Positions 1-9,290 of a stretch of 64,000 bases of DNA are shown piece after piece. Position 1 is the first letter of the stretch; every line of letters starts with the position of its first letter. Both the position numbers and the translations under genes were made by a program. The stretch is taken from positions 1-64,000 of IMG/VR virus record IMGVR_UViG_3300034159_000051; one strand, 5' to 3'. The stretch comes from a virus. The notes beneath the pieces were generated by a model. The model saw only the letters and a program-made list of their open reading frames with translations, searched no databases and was not told the DNA's origin.

Positions 1-89
1 ACGCCGCTCTTGGCGACCAGCCGAAGCGTAAGCGTGGACGCCCGCGCAAATCCAACGCGGACACCGGCCCATGCCCGAGCCAAGTCTGA
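1..89 (+). CDS. C-terminal fragment of an upstream gene, with AT-hook-like KRKRGRPRK
   Basis: Frame from position 3 reads AALGDQPKRKRGRPRKSNADTGPCPSQV*, stop at 87-89, overlapping the MuF start. Confidence 0.4.
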   Translation, partial: AALGDQPKRKRGRPRKSNADTGPCPSQV

Positions 90-1030
90 AACCTCGTAAG
101 AGCGCCAGAACGGGGGAAAGGGTTCTGCGCGGCGTTCGGCCGTGCGCGGGGCTTGAAGCCGCCTATAGGTCGCGCCTCGTTGCGCTCGTGGCGAAAATCC
201 ACAGGAGCGTCCTTTGGTGGACGCGGGCCGAGTACAGGAAGCACCCGCCCGCCATCGTGCAGGACGGAAGCAATATTGCTTTTGTCAATATTGCTCAAGA
301 CGCCTCGCCATTCGAGTGGATGCGACGCATCCTCGCTCAACTCCGCAAGCGTTGGCTTAAAGCCATCGAGGCGACGGCGCCGAAGCTGGCGGAATATTAC
401 GCGCTGGCGGTCGGGAAGCGCGTCGACACAGATCTGCAGAAAATTCTGCGGGATGGCGGGTTTTTGATCGACTTCCAGGCGACCAAGGCGATGCGCGACG
501 TGCGCGCCGCGTCGATCGCGGAGAATGTGAGCCTGATCAGGTCGATCCCAGAGCAGTATTTTACGCAGATCGAGGGGATCATAAGCCGGGGTTACGCGCA
601 AGGCTACGACCTCAAGCGGGTCACGGACGCCCTGCAGGAGCGGTTCAAGGTCACGCGCAAGCGGGCGGCCTTCATCGCGCGCGATCAGGGCAACAAACTG
701 AACGCGCAGCTAACGCGGGCGCGCTATCTCGAATCCGGGATCACGCACGCCATCTGGCGGCACTCAATGGCCGGGAAAGAGCCGCGCCGGACGCATATCG
801 AAATGGACGGCGAGCCGTTCGACCTCGCCGAGGGCATGTACGACCCGGACCCAAAGGTGCGTCGGCATATTCACCCGGGCGAGCTGATCAACTGCCGCTG
901 CATCGCCCGGCCGATCGTGCCATTCGGGCGCGCGTGGGCGAACAACAACCCGCCGCGCTCGGTTCAGTTCGTCAAGCCGGTGCGTGAACAGAAAGTCTAT
1001 AAGGGCGGCCATCCGAAGGCGACCGCCTAG
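71..1030 (+). CDS. Head morphogenesis protein (MuF/SPP1 gp7 family)
   Basis: RAAFIARDQ..K, W..S...PR..H...DG..F and PGELINCRC motifs. Confidence 0.92.
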   Translation: MPEPSLKPRKSARTGERVLRGVRPCAGLEAAYRSRLVALVAKIHRSVLWWTRAEYRKHPPAIVQDGSNIAFVNIAQDASPFEWMRRILAQLRKRWLKAIEATAPKLAEYYALAVGKRVDTDLQKILRDGGFLIDFQATKAMRDVRAASIAENVSLIRSIPEQYFTQIEGIISRGYAQGYDLKRVTDALQERFKVTRKRAAFIARDQGNKLNAQLTRARYLESGITHAIWRHSMAGKEPRRTHIEMDGEPFDLAEGMYDPDPKVRRHIHPGELINCRCIARPIVPFGRAWANNNPPRSVQFVKPVREQKVYKGGHPKATA

Positions 1031-1225
1031 AACACTCCGATCCAGCGACAGTAAGCGAGCGCAGCGGCGAAAAGAGCTATGGCGATGATGATCATGGTGT
1101 TTTGCGGGCGCTCCCGGAAGGCGAAAGAGCGGGCAGCATACAGTTAATTTCGGCTTTATGCGATGGGGAAAAGAAGCTTCTTTCGTCGCACCAAGCTTAC
1201 AAAACGCAAATGAAAGCCAGCGCTT

Positions 1226-3256
1226 ATGGATATGATGCAGCATATCGCGGACGCAGTCGAAGCGTGGCGAAGCCACACGGGCGAGCGATCTACAGAAGGA
1301 GCAGCGCTCGCCTTCGACTACTCCGCCCGGTCCATCGACCAGGACGGGCATATGTATGTCACGAACTGCCTCCTGACCAAGGGCGTCGTGAACCCATACA
1401 AGGGATCGGAGATCCCAGACTACAAAGCTCTTGGTCTCAAAGCCAACGAGATTTATCAGCTTTACCGCGATCCAAAGGAACTGGAGAAGGGCGTCGCCAC
1501 GCTCCAGGGCAAGCCGCTGCTTCTCGATCATCAGCCGATCAGCGCGGACGATCACCCGAACCGGATCGTTGTCGGCACCATCATGAATCCGTTTTTCGCC
1601 GATGGGGAAATCCATGGCGACCTCGTCGTCTGGAAGAAGGATGCGATCGACGAGATCGAAGATGGATCGAAGAGGGAGTTGTCGTGCGGCTACCGCTATA
1701 AGCCGATCATGCAGGCCGGGCAGACGCCCGGCGGCGAGCAGTATGACGGCCGCATGACCGAAATTCAGTTCAACCATGTTGCGCTTGTCGCCGAGGGGCG
1801 CGTATCCGGCGCCATCGTTGCGGATTCCGCCGTCGAACTCGTATGGCTCAAATTAGGTAAGCTTATATCGGAAGCATTCTCCGTAGGTTCTGAGGATGAG
1901 CAATGGGTCGCACTAAGCCTTGCACTTGATGCTTGGAACGAGCAGGCGCATCCTCGCGGCGGAAATCCTGGCAACAAAGGCCAATTCAGCAAGGGATCAG
2001 GTGGAGGCGCAGCACCTGCGCCAGCGCGGTCTTCACGCCGAAGAAGCGGTACACCCCGAGCCGAACTCATCCGGCAAGCTCAAACCTTTGGCATGAGTTT
2101 TCATCGGGCCTCGCATAAGCGTGTGGCGGTGCTTGAGAAGGCAGTGGCGCTACTTCGCGGCGAAGCGGCTCCACGGGCTGAAGCGCCATCAATCCCCGTA
2201 GCAACGCAGGCTCCATCAGTCACACGGGCGACACCGGCTCCGCAGCGGGAATCAGAGCAGCGCCCCAGTACGCAATCACGCGCCAGCAAGAAGGAGCTTC
2301 TTAAGTCTCTCCTCGAAAAGACCGGCAAAAATCCTCTCAAAAAGCTCAAGGAGAAGGGTTTTGAGCCGACCAAGAAGTCCGTCTATTACATGGACAAGGT
2401 GGAGTTGCAAAAGGCGCTTGAGCACCTTGAGAAGAAGGATGGTAAGTCCGAGCGTGCAACGCCTCCCGCTCCCGCTGCGCCGAGACTAACACCGATCCAA
2501 GAAAAGGTTCAAAAGGCTTTCGAGAAAAAGGTAACCGATCTGAAGCCTGCGGACTTCGACGGATACCTTGGCGCGGGTGAGCGAACTAATAGAAGTTTTC
2601 CGGCGCTTGCCCAAAAGCGCAAACTTGCAGCCCTCTTTAACACTTATATCAAAATCAACCCGGGATACTTTACCGATTGCATGACGCATGGCTTGAATGC
2701 CAGAACTATCCTTAGCCCGAGCCAATACGGTGAGACTTTGGCGGTTGTAGGGTCATTTGGCATTGGCGGCAGCATGACCCGGCGTTTTAATTTTGCAAAC
2801 AAATCCGTCGAGCACTCCTATCTTCAGATGCCAAGCGGGCAACAAGGCGGCGGAACAGCCAAGAAACTTTTTCAATCTCAGGTTGAGACTTATAAGCAAT
2901 TAGGGTTGGAGAAAGTTGGGGTTCATGCTAATATAGATGTCGGGTCCTACTGCTGGGCGAAATACGGTTTTATACCAAGGCAGGATAGCTGGGACCAATT
3001 TAGGGGTGAGATGAAGAGTAAGTTAGAACGTCTTTCTGCTGTTCATTCCGATACAAAGGAAAGAGTTAAGCTTATTCTCAATTCATCAGACCCAAAAGCG
3101 ATTTGGGCTTTATCAGACTTGCCGGATACTCATATGTCTAATGGGGAGAAAAAATCCGTCGCCAAAAGCCTGATGATGAACGAGCACTGGTATGCCGACT
3201 TGAACCTGAAAAACGAAGACGCGATGAAAAGATTCAACAATTATGTCAACCGATAA
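1226..3256 (+). CDS. DUF2213 putative prohead protease fused to an HPR-motif linker and a C-terminal GNAT-like domain
   Basis: N-terminal SARSID.DG, GKPLLLDH, KRELSCGY, NHVALV..GR. Then WNEQAHPRGG..GQF. C-terminal QQGGGTAK and HANIDVGSYCWAKYGF. Confidence 0.85.
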   Translation: MDMMQHIADAVEAWRSHTGERSTEGAALAFDYSARSIDQDGHMYVTNCLLTKGVVNPYKGSEIPDYKALGLKANEIYQLYRDPKELEKGVATLQGKPLLLDHQPISADDHPNRIVVGTIMNPFFADGEIHGDLVVWKKDAIDEIEDGSKRELSCGYRYKPIMQAGQTPGGEQYDGRMTEIQFNHVALVAEGRVSGAIVADSAVELVWLKLGKLISEAFSVGSEDEQWVALSLALDAWNEQAHPRGGNPGNKGQFSKGSGGGAAPAPARSSRRRSGTPRAELIRQAQTFGMSFHRASHKRVAVLEKAVALLRGEAAPRAEAPSIPVATQAPSVTRATPAPQRESEQRPSTQSRASKKELLKSLLEKTGKNPLKKLKEKGFEPTKKSVYYMDKVELQKALEHLEKKDGKSERATPPAPAAPRLTPIQEKVQKAFEKKVTDLKPADFDGYLGAGERTNRSFPALAQKRKLAALFNTYIKINPGYFTDCMTHGLNARTILSPSQYGETLAVVGSFGIGGSMTRRFNFANKSVEHSYLQMPSGQQGGGTAKKLFQSQVETYKQLGLEKVGVHANIDVGSYCWAKYGFIPRQDSWDQFRGEMKSKLERLSAVHSDTKERVKLILNSSDPKAIWALSDLPDTHMSNGEKKSVAKSLMMNEHWYADLNLKNEDAMKRFNNYVNR

Positions 3257-3485
3257 AGGCAAAGCCGCCAAGCCAGAAGAAGGCGGAAACGAGCTGTTCT
3301 ACCTGGACGAGAACGGCAAGAAGCAAGACGCCTCGCTTCACGATGAAATTATGAAGGGCGCGGAAGACGAGCCGGGCGCGTTCGATGATCTTATCGAGAG
3401 CCTCGGGTTGTCCGAGAAGTTTGCAGAGACCTTCAAAGACAAGGATTATTCGCCCGCGAAAGAAAAACCGTCTCGCTCTCAATGA
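3243..3485 (+). CDS. Small acidic protein, possible partner of the GNAT domain
   Basis: 80 aa, Asp/Glu-rich, overlaps the upstream stop, followed by a terminator. Confidence 0.7.
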   Translation: MSTDKGKAAKPEEGGNELFYLDENGKKQDASLHDEIMKGAEDEPGAFDDLIESLGLSEKFAETFKDKDYSPAKEKPSRSQ

Positions 3486-3530
3486 TGGCCGCCGCCAAAA
3501 AGTAAGCATCTTCTAAACAAGATAAAATTT

Positions 3531-3556
3531 AAAGCCCGCTTCGGCGGGCTTTTTTT
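3531..3556 (+). terminator. Rho-independent terminator
   Basis: AAAGCCCGC-TTCG-GCGGGCTTT followed by a T-run. Confidence 0.9.
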
Positions 3557-3591
3557 GTGCCTGCGTTCCAAACCTTCCCAAGGAAAGAGAA

Positions 3592-4713
3592 ATGACACAA
3601 CCGATCGTTGACGCGCTTCGGAAGCGGTTCAAATCGCCCGAGGCCGTATTGAGCGCGCTCGGCCTCGATGAGGCTTTGCTGCGCGGCGGCGGCACCGAAA
3701 AGCGCTCAGCGGTCGCCGAAGCGCTTAAGGCCGCCATCAAGACCAAGACCGGCATCGCCCAGGACGCCGAGCTTAGCGACCTCCTGGAGATGCTCGACGC
3801 TCTCAAAGCTACGCAGGAAAGCGCGCTCAAGGAAATCGGCGCCGTTGAGGCCGAGGCCCAAGAAGAAGTCGGCGAAGAGGAGGTTGGTGAAAAAGCGGCC
3901 AGCCTATTCGGCGGCGAGGGCGGCGGCGAGGAGGAGCGCGACGACGAGTACGAACCCGATAAACCCGCCAAAACCGAAGAGGATTCAAAGGATATGGCCG
4001 GAATGGAAGGCAACGCCGGGATTCCGGCTCTGGCCGAAGAGGACAAAAGGGACGAGCCGGCCGCCGAGGAGGAGGTTTCGACCGACGGCGATCCGGCTAC
4101 CCGGCTGCATATGCTTCTCAAGGGCAAGTTGTCCCAGGAAGAGATGCGCGAAGTCGGAGAAATTCTCGCCGATCTTTCGGGCGGCGAGTCTGAAGAGGAA
4201 GAGCCCGAAGTCGGGGCGGTGGAGCCCGCAAAAGCGGCGGAGCCCGAAAAGACGGAAGAGCCCGTAAAGGCGGAGGATGAGGAGGCCGTATCAATGACCA
4301 AAAGTGGAGCAGGCGCTTCGTCATCCGTCGAAGTGAAAACAGGAACTGAGGAGAAGGCTGCTGGCATGGACGCCGCAATCAAACTGGCCGTCGACACCGC
4401 CCTCAAGGGCGAGCGCGCAAACCAAAAGGCTATCCGCGAAGCAGAGCGCGCGGTGCGCCGCTACATCGGCGAGGTTCCGGCCATGTCGTTCGACTCGGCC
4501 GCTGAAGTTTATCGCCATGCCCTGGTCTCTCTTGGCGTAGAAGGCGCCGACAAGGTTCACGCATCCGCGCTGCCGATCCTTCTGAAGAACCTCCCCGTCC
4601 CTGGCTCGGAGGCGCGCGCCAAGCCCGCCAAATCGCTCGGCATGGATGCGGCTTCCGTCAAGGGTTTCGCCGAGATGTTCCCGAACGCAGCCCGCATCGT
4701 TCGCGCCATCTAA
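3592..4713 (+). CDS. Capsid scaffolding-like protein
   Basis: Highly acidic, AAGGAAAG RBS. C-terminal GMDAA..AERAVR..IG...FDSA.EVYR.AL motif typical of this head module; lies upstream of the capsid genes. Confidence 0.75.
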   Translation: MTQPIVDALRKRFKSPEAVLSALGLDEALLRGGGTEKRSAVAEALKAAIKTKTGIAQDAELSDLLEMLDALKATQESALKEIGAVEAEAQEEVGEEEVGEKAASLFGGEGGGEEERDDEYEPDKPAKTEEDSKDMAGMEGNAGIPALAEEDKRDEPAAEEEVSTDGDPATRLHMLLKGKLSQEEMREVGEILADLSGGESEEEEPEVGAVEPAKAAEPEKTEEPVKAEDEEAVSMTKSGAGASSSVEVKTGTEEKAAGMDAAIKLAVDTALKGERANQKAIREAERAVRRYIGEVPAMSFDSAAEVYRHALVSLGVEGADKVHASALPILLKNLPVPGSEARAKPAKSLGMDAASVKGFAEMFPNAARIVRAI

Positions 4714-4743
4714 TTTCTAATTTCCAATTGAAGGAACTACCAA

Positions 4744-5727
4744 ATGGGCTTTCAGACGCAGGTCTACGGGCGCAATGCTCCGGCCATCGCCGGTGATTGG
4801 GTCTCTTCGAACCCGTTTTCAACTTATCCTGCCGGCCCCGGCGGGCTTGTCGCGGGCGCTTCCGGCGTAACCGTCGGCCGCTTTGCTTGGGTTTCCCAGG
4901 CCGGGAAGGATTGGGATTCGGCTCCGGCGATCGTCAATAATTCAGTTGGCGTCAGCATCACCTCGCCGAGTGGATTCGTCCATCGCGAGCAGCAGGCGCT
5001 TATCACTGCATACCTCGCAGAATCTGGCTCCGTTGTCCCGCAAGGGCTTATGGTCAATCTTCTGACCTCCGGCGATGTCTGGGTCAAGAACGCCGGTTCG
5101 GGTCAGGCGCTTTTCGGCCATAAGGCATACGCAAGCCTTACGGACGGCTCCGTGACCTTCGCGGCGACGTCTTCGCCGACGACCGCAAGCGCTACGGCGT
5201 CGACCGTCTCCGCAGGCACGGCCGCGACTGCAACCGGGACGATTTCCGGCAATGTGCTCACGACATCCGGCGCGGTGACGAACACCATCTATCCTGGCGC
5301 GGTTGTGACGGGAACCAACGTTGCAACCGGCACCGTGATCGTCGCCCAGCTCTCTGGCACCACGGGCGGCGCCGGAACCTACGCCGTTAATATCGGCGAG
5401 CAGACCGTTGCATCGACGACTTTGACCGCAACGCCAAGCGTCCTTGACACTACAAGCGGCACCGTGACCGGCACGGTTGCGATCGGGGGCATGATTGCTT
5501 CCGCATCGACGGGCACAACCGGAACAGTGGTCGGCATGGCCGTGACCGCCGTCTACGCGGCTACGGACGGAAAATGGGTCGTCGCTCCGGCCCAAGGCGC
5601 GACCGCCGTCGGGTCGAATACGAGCGCCACGATCACCGTCCAGTCAAACATCGAAACCAAGTGGTTCGCTGTTTCGGAAGGCCTTGCTGGCGAGGTCGTG
5701 AAGATTTCATCGCAGACCCTTGGTTAA
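4744..5727 (+). CDS. Capsid decoration/cement protein with inserted Thr/Gly-rich beta modules
   Basis: FQTQV...A.AGD..S.NP, GVTVGRFAW, GFVHREQQALIT and ETKW...GEVVKIS motifs; directly upstream of the MCP. Confidence 0.8.
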   Translation: MGFQTQVYGRNAPAIAGDWVSSNPFSTYPAGPGGLVAGASGVTVGRFAWVSQAGKDWDSAPAIVNNSVGVSITSPSGFVHREQQALITAYLAESGSVVPQGLMVNLLTSGDVWVKNAGSGQALFGHKAYASLTDGSVTFAATSSPTTASATASTVSAGTAATATGTISGNVLTTSGAVTNTIYPGAVVTGTNVATGTVIVAQLSGTTGGAGTYAVNIGEQTVASTTLTATPSVLDTTSGTVTGTVAIGGMIASASTGTTGTVVGMAVTAVYAATDGKWVVAPAQGATAVGSNTSATITVQSNIETKWFAVSEGLAGEVVKISSQTLG

Positions 5728-5752
5728 TCCACTCGCTCTAGGAGAACGCATA

Positions 5753-6859
5753 ATGAATATTCAGGAATCCAGGGCGGCCTGGAAAGCCTACGGCCCGACG
5801 CTCGCCGAAAAGGGCATCGTGTTTATGGAGCCCGTCCATGGCTTCGCAACCGATGAACTGAAGCGCAATTACGCGCTCGCGCTCGACGCGCAGCCTGTGC
5901 TTTCGACATCGGCGAACGCGGGCATCCCGGCGCTGCTCACCACTTACATCGATCCCGAAGTGGTCAATATCGCCTTCGCCGCCCTTAAGGCCGCCGAAAT
6001 CCTTGGCGAACGCAAAACGGGCGATTGGCTGACAGAGACGGCGATGTTCCCGGTCGTGGAAGCTACCGGCGAAGTCACCACGTATGGCGACTATAACCAA
6101 ACCGGATCGACCGGCGTCAACACCAACTGGCCCCAACGCCAGAGCTACCACTTCCAGACGATGGTCCGGTATGGCGAGCGCGAAATGGAGCGAGCCGGCC
6201 TCGCCCGAATCAATTGGGTGTCGTCTCTCAACAAAGCCGCAGCGATGGTCCTCAATCGCTACAGCAACTACACGTATTTCTACGGCGTCGCAGGCCTTCA
6301 GAATTACGGCCTCCTGAATGATCCCAACTTGCCAGCCAGCCTGACCCCAGGCACCAAGGCGAATTATGGCACGTCCGGGTCGAACGGGTGGATCACCTCC
6401 GGCGGCGCCATCAACGCCACCGCGAACGAGGTCTATGCTGATTTCCAGTCTCTCTTTTATCAGCTCGTATCTCAGACGCTCGGACTCGTGAAAGAGGATG
6501 ACAAGCTCGTCCTGGCGCTTTCGCCGCAGTCCGCTGTCGCGCTCACGATCACCAACTCCTTCGGCGTCAACGTCATGGAGCTGATCAAGGCGCAGTTCCC
6601 GAATGTGCGGATCGAGAAGGCGACGCAGTACGCCATGCGGTCCTCAATCAATCCAGAAGGCGTGGCGGCCGGAAACTATATCCAGCTCATCGCCGAGGAG
6701 ATCGAGGGCGAGGGAACTGGCTACGCTGCGTTCACGGAAAAGCTGCGGATGCACAAGCTGATCCCTGACACATCGTCCTTCAAGCAGAAGGCGACGTCTG
6801 GGAGCTGGGGCTTTGTTCTGAAAAAGCCTCTTGCCGTCGCTTCGATGGTTGGCGTCTGA
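5753..6859 (+). CDS. Major capsid protein (DUF2184 family)
   Basis: ALDAQP..NAGIP..LTTYIDP, RQSYHFQT..YGERE, YGLLNDPNLP; AGGAG RBS; terminator downstream. Confidence 0.92.
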   Translation: MNIQESRAAWKAYGPTLAEKGIVFMEPVHGFATDELKRNYALALDAQPVLSTSANAGIPALLTTYIDPEVVNIAFAALKAAEILGERKTGDWLTETAMFPVVEATGEVTTYGDYNQTGSTGVNTNWPQRQSYHFQTMVRYGEREMERAGLARINWVSSLNKAAAMVLNRYSNYTYFYGVAGLQNYGLLNDPNLPASLTPGTKANYGTSGSNGWITSGGAINATANEVYADFQSLFYQLVSQTLGLVKEDDKLVLALSPQSAVALTITNSFGVNVMELIKAQFPNVRIEKATQYAMRSSINPEGVAAGNYIQLIAEEIEGEGTGYAAFTEKLRMHKLIPDTSSFKQKATSGSWGFVLKKPLAVASMVGV

Positions 6860-6899
6860 GCACAAAAAACAGGTTGCGAGAATGACAACCCAGAAACCG

Positions 6900-6929
6900 G
6901 GCCGCCCGAAAGGGCGGCCTTCTTCATTT
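6900..6929 (+). terminator. Terminator after the MCP
   Basis: GGCCGCCC-GAAA-GGGCGGCC followed by TTCTTCATTT. Confidence 0.75.
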
Positions 6930-6944
6930 GAGGAAGAGAAAAGA

Positions 6945-7403
6945 ATGGCCTCTGCAAGCGCTCCCGCAACCGGGACCGACACTGTTGTGGTTTATTGCAA
7001 GCATCCCCAAGGGATTATCCTTCAGGCCGGCGAGTTTTTCGAGCGCGTCGAAGGCTCTATCGATGGGCGCCCGCGCAACGTCCGCGAATGGCGGAGAACC
7101 GCCGATCCTTTCGTGGTGGCGGGTCCGGCGACGCCTTTCGGACAGCAGCCGAAATCCGTAGTCGTTGGCGGCTACGCGCTGACGATGGGCGTTCCGCGTG
7201 ACCTTTGGGAAAAATGGCTTTCCGAAAACGAGCGGACTCCGATTGTTCAGAACGGCCTCATCTTCGCGCGCGACGCCGTCGATTACGCGGGCAAGGCCAA
7301 GGAGCAGGAATCCATCAAGACTGGTCTAGAGCCTTTGGCGCAAGGCAAAGACCCGCGCGTGCCCGGCTCAGAGCGCCTCGAAACCATGGACAAGGCCGCT
7401 TAA
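6945..7403 (+). CDS. Conserved post-MCP virion protein
   Basis: V.CKHPQG..L, GYALT.GVP.D.WEKW and GLEPL motifs; GAGGAAG RBS. Confidence 0.75.
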   Translation: MASASAPATGTDTVVVYCKHPQGIILQAGEFFERVEGSIDGRPRNVREWRRTADPFVVAGPATPFGQQPKSVVVGGYALTMGVPRDLWEKWLSENERTPIVQNGLIFARDAVDYAGKAKEQESIKTGLEPLAQGKDPRVPGSERLETMDKAA

Positions 7404-7430
7404 GGCCAAACCCTTTACAGGAGATTTCTG

Positions 7431-7943
7431 ATGACCGGCACATTATGGGATAGCGCGATCGGCGACGTACCCGACGCGGCCGTTTTTGCGCGCATGAAAG
7501 AGCAAGGCGCGGCCCCGCTTGCTTCTCCCGTCTTTACCAATTCCGCAAGCGCGCCACTCTTATCGACGATCGGCGCCAATGGCCAAGCCCTGAAGATCCG
7601 GGTGCTTGAGGAGCTGACGACAATCGCGGCGGCGGCCACGAGCACAACGACGATCCAGATCCCAGCCGGCGCGCTCGTTCTCGCCGTCCCTGTCCGCGTT
7701 GTAACGGCCCTCCCGGGCGCGGCCACAATGACGATCGGAGACGGAACGACCGCCGCCAAGTTCAACACCGGATCCAACATCGCCGTGGCGGCCGGAACGA
7801 CCGATGCCGGCACGAAGGCGGGGCCGACTTACTATGCGGCGGCGACCTCGATCGTCATCACGCCAAATGCAACGCCGTCCTCCGCAACCGGGCGCGTCCG
7901 CACGACGATCTTTTATATCCAGGTAACTCCGCCGACCGCGTAA
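7431..7943 (+). CDS. Putative beta-sandwich head decoration/appendage protein
   Basis: Thr/Ala-rich, IPAGALVL.V..RV.T motif; AGGAG RBS. Confidence 0.65.
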   Translation: MTGTLWDSAIGDVPDAAVFARMKEQGAAPLASPVFTNSASAPLLSTIGANGQALKIRVLEELTTIAAAATSTTTIQIPAGALVLAVPVRVVTALPGAATMTIGDGTTAAKFNTGSNIAVAAGTTDAGTKAGPTYYAAATSIVITPNATPSSATGRVRTTIFYIQVTPPTA

Positions 7944-7997
7944 TGATCATCTTCAATGCGCTCAACACCCTAGAGCACCAAAGGAGCTAAACCCACC

Positions 7998-8465
7998 ATG
8001 GGCGTTTATTCAACGAACAATGCACTGGCAGGCACGCAGCAAGCCATATCGGCGACCTACAAAACGATCGTCGCATTGACCGCGGCGACCGCAACGCTGA
8101 CGAACGGCAGGATCATCGATCTTGATTTCGGCGCCAGCGGCACGCCCGCCGACAACTACATGGAGTATGATGTCTCTCGGCAAACCGCGGCGGGAACCTC
8201 TACGGCGGCGACGCCTGTTCCGCTCGATGGCGCGAGCCGGGCGGCGGGCATCGTCGGCTCCGTGAACTTCACGGCCGAGGGGACCATCACGGCGGCGTCG
8301 TCGGTGCTCTACATTCCTGTGAACCAGCGCGCGTCTTATCGTTGGGTCGCTGTCCCCGGTTCTGAACTTGTTATCCCCGGCACAAACTTAGCCGGGTTTG
8401 CAATCAGAGCCCGAAGCGCTGCATATACTGGGACGGTCGGCATCACCGCTTTCCATACCGAGTAA
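7998..8465 (+). CDS. Putative structural beta-sandwich subunit
   Basis: 155 aa, Ala/Thr/Gly-rich; strong AAGGAG RBS. Confidence 0.7.
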   Translation: MGVYSTNNALAGTQQAISATYKTIVALTAATATLTNGRIIDLDFGASGTPADNYMEYDVSRQTAAGTSTAATPVPLDGASRAAGIVGSVNFTAEGTITAASSVLYIPVNQRASYRWVAVPGSELVIPGTNLAGFAIRARSAAYTGTVGITAFHTE

Positions 8466-8469
8466 CCGC

Positions 8470-8733
8470 ATGCGCAAACCTTCTGGCCTTATCCTTGAGA
8501 CGTCTCTCGACACTGGCAAGGTGCGCGAGATCGAATCGTTCATGTGCCACCATTGCAATCGGCACACGATCCTTTGGAAAGGCCAGAGGCCATCGGACAT
8601 CGGAGGCTTCTGCACAATCTGCGGGAGCCTCATTTGCAGCTCGTGCGTCGGCAAGGGCTGCGACCCGCTTGAAAAGAAAATCCAGCGCTGGGCCGATCAA
8701 GCTTACTTTCGCGCGCAAATGAAGGAGTGGTGA
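8470..8733 (+). CDS. Small Cys-rich zinc-finger-like protein
   Basis: CHHC, CTIC, CSSC and a further Cys; start re-called at ATG 8470. Confidence 0.7.
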   Translation: MRKPSGLILETSLDTGKVREIESFMCHHCNRHTILWKGQRPSDIGGFCTICGSLICSSCVGKGCDPLEKKIQRWADQAYFRAQMKEW

Positions 8734-8734
8734 T

Positions 8735-9286
8735 TTGGCTCTTGTCCCGCAACCCTTGCCATGGACCGTCACAGCCGGCCGAGAACTCGGCGACGGCAAT
8801 GGCAACGTCGTTCAATACACGACAGCCAACCTCGGGTTGATCTGCCTCGCCATTAATTCTCACGACCGCCTCACCGGTATTTTAGGGCGGGTCGAGACTT
8901 GGCTCCGAACAGATCCGGCGGAGCGCGCCGCGGAAGCGGATATCCTCGACCTTATTTCGAAGGCGACCGGGCGTCTCGGTTATGGCGTCCTCGCCTCTAA
9001 GATCGAAGACGCGCAGGAAGCGTCTCCGGAACTCGACCGGGCGCTCTCCGTCGAGCTTCAAATCCCGGAGGCCGCCTACACCTCCTCGATCGACGCGGCG
9101 CTTTCCCTGATCCCCGAAGGATGGTCCTTCGGCTTCACGAATAAGGAACAGGTCAATCCGTCGGCTGGCCAGCCGGCGCATTACGCCGCCGTTGAGCTGA
9201 AATCATCCGGCAAGACTTCCGCAGCGACGAGCCTTTCTCTCCCCCTCGCGATCTGTGCGGCGGCCCTGAAAACGCGAGAGCTTTGA
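8735..9286 (+). CDS. Hypothetical phage protein
   Basis: C-terminal YTSSIDAAL.L.PEGW...PLAICAAALK motif, common in phage proteins; AAGGAG upstream of TTG. Confidence 0.6.
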   Translation: MALVPQPLPWTVTAGRELGDGNGNVVQYTTANLGLICLAINSHDRLTGILGRVETWLRTDPAERAAEADILDLISKATGRLGYGVLASKIEDAQEASPELDRALSVELQIPEAAYTSSIDAALSLIPEGWSFGFTNKEQVNPSAGQPAHYAAVELKSSGKTSAATSLSLPLAICAAALKTREL

Positions 9287-9290
9287 TTCC

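Noticed and set aside
764-1777. 337-aa - strand ORF and other long antisense ORFs (3513-4406, 24468-25133, 37814-38542)
   Set aside because: They are shadows of well-supported + strand genes in GC-rich DNA, with no recognisable motifs.
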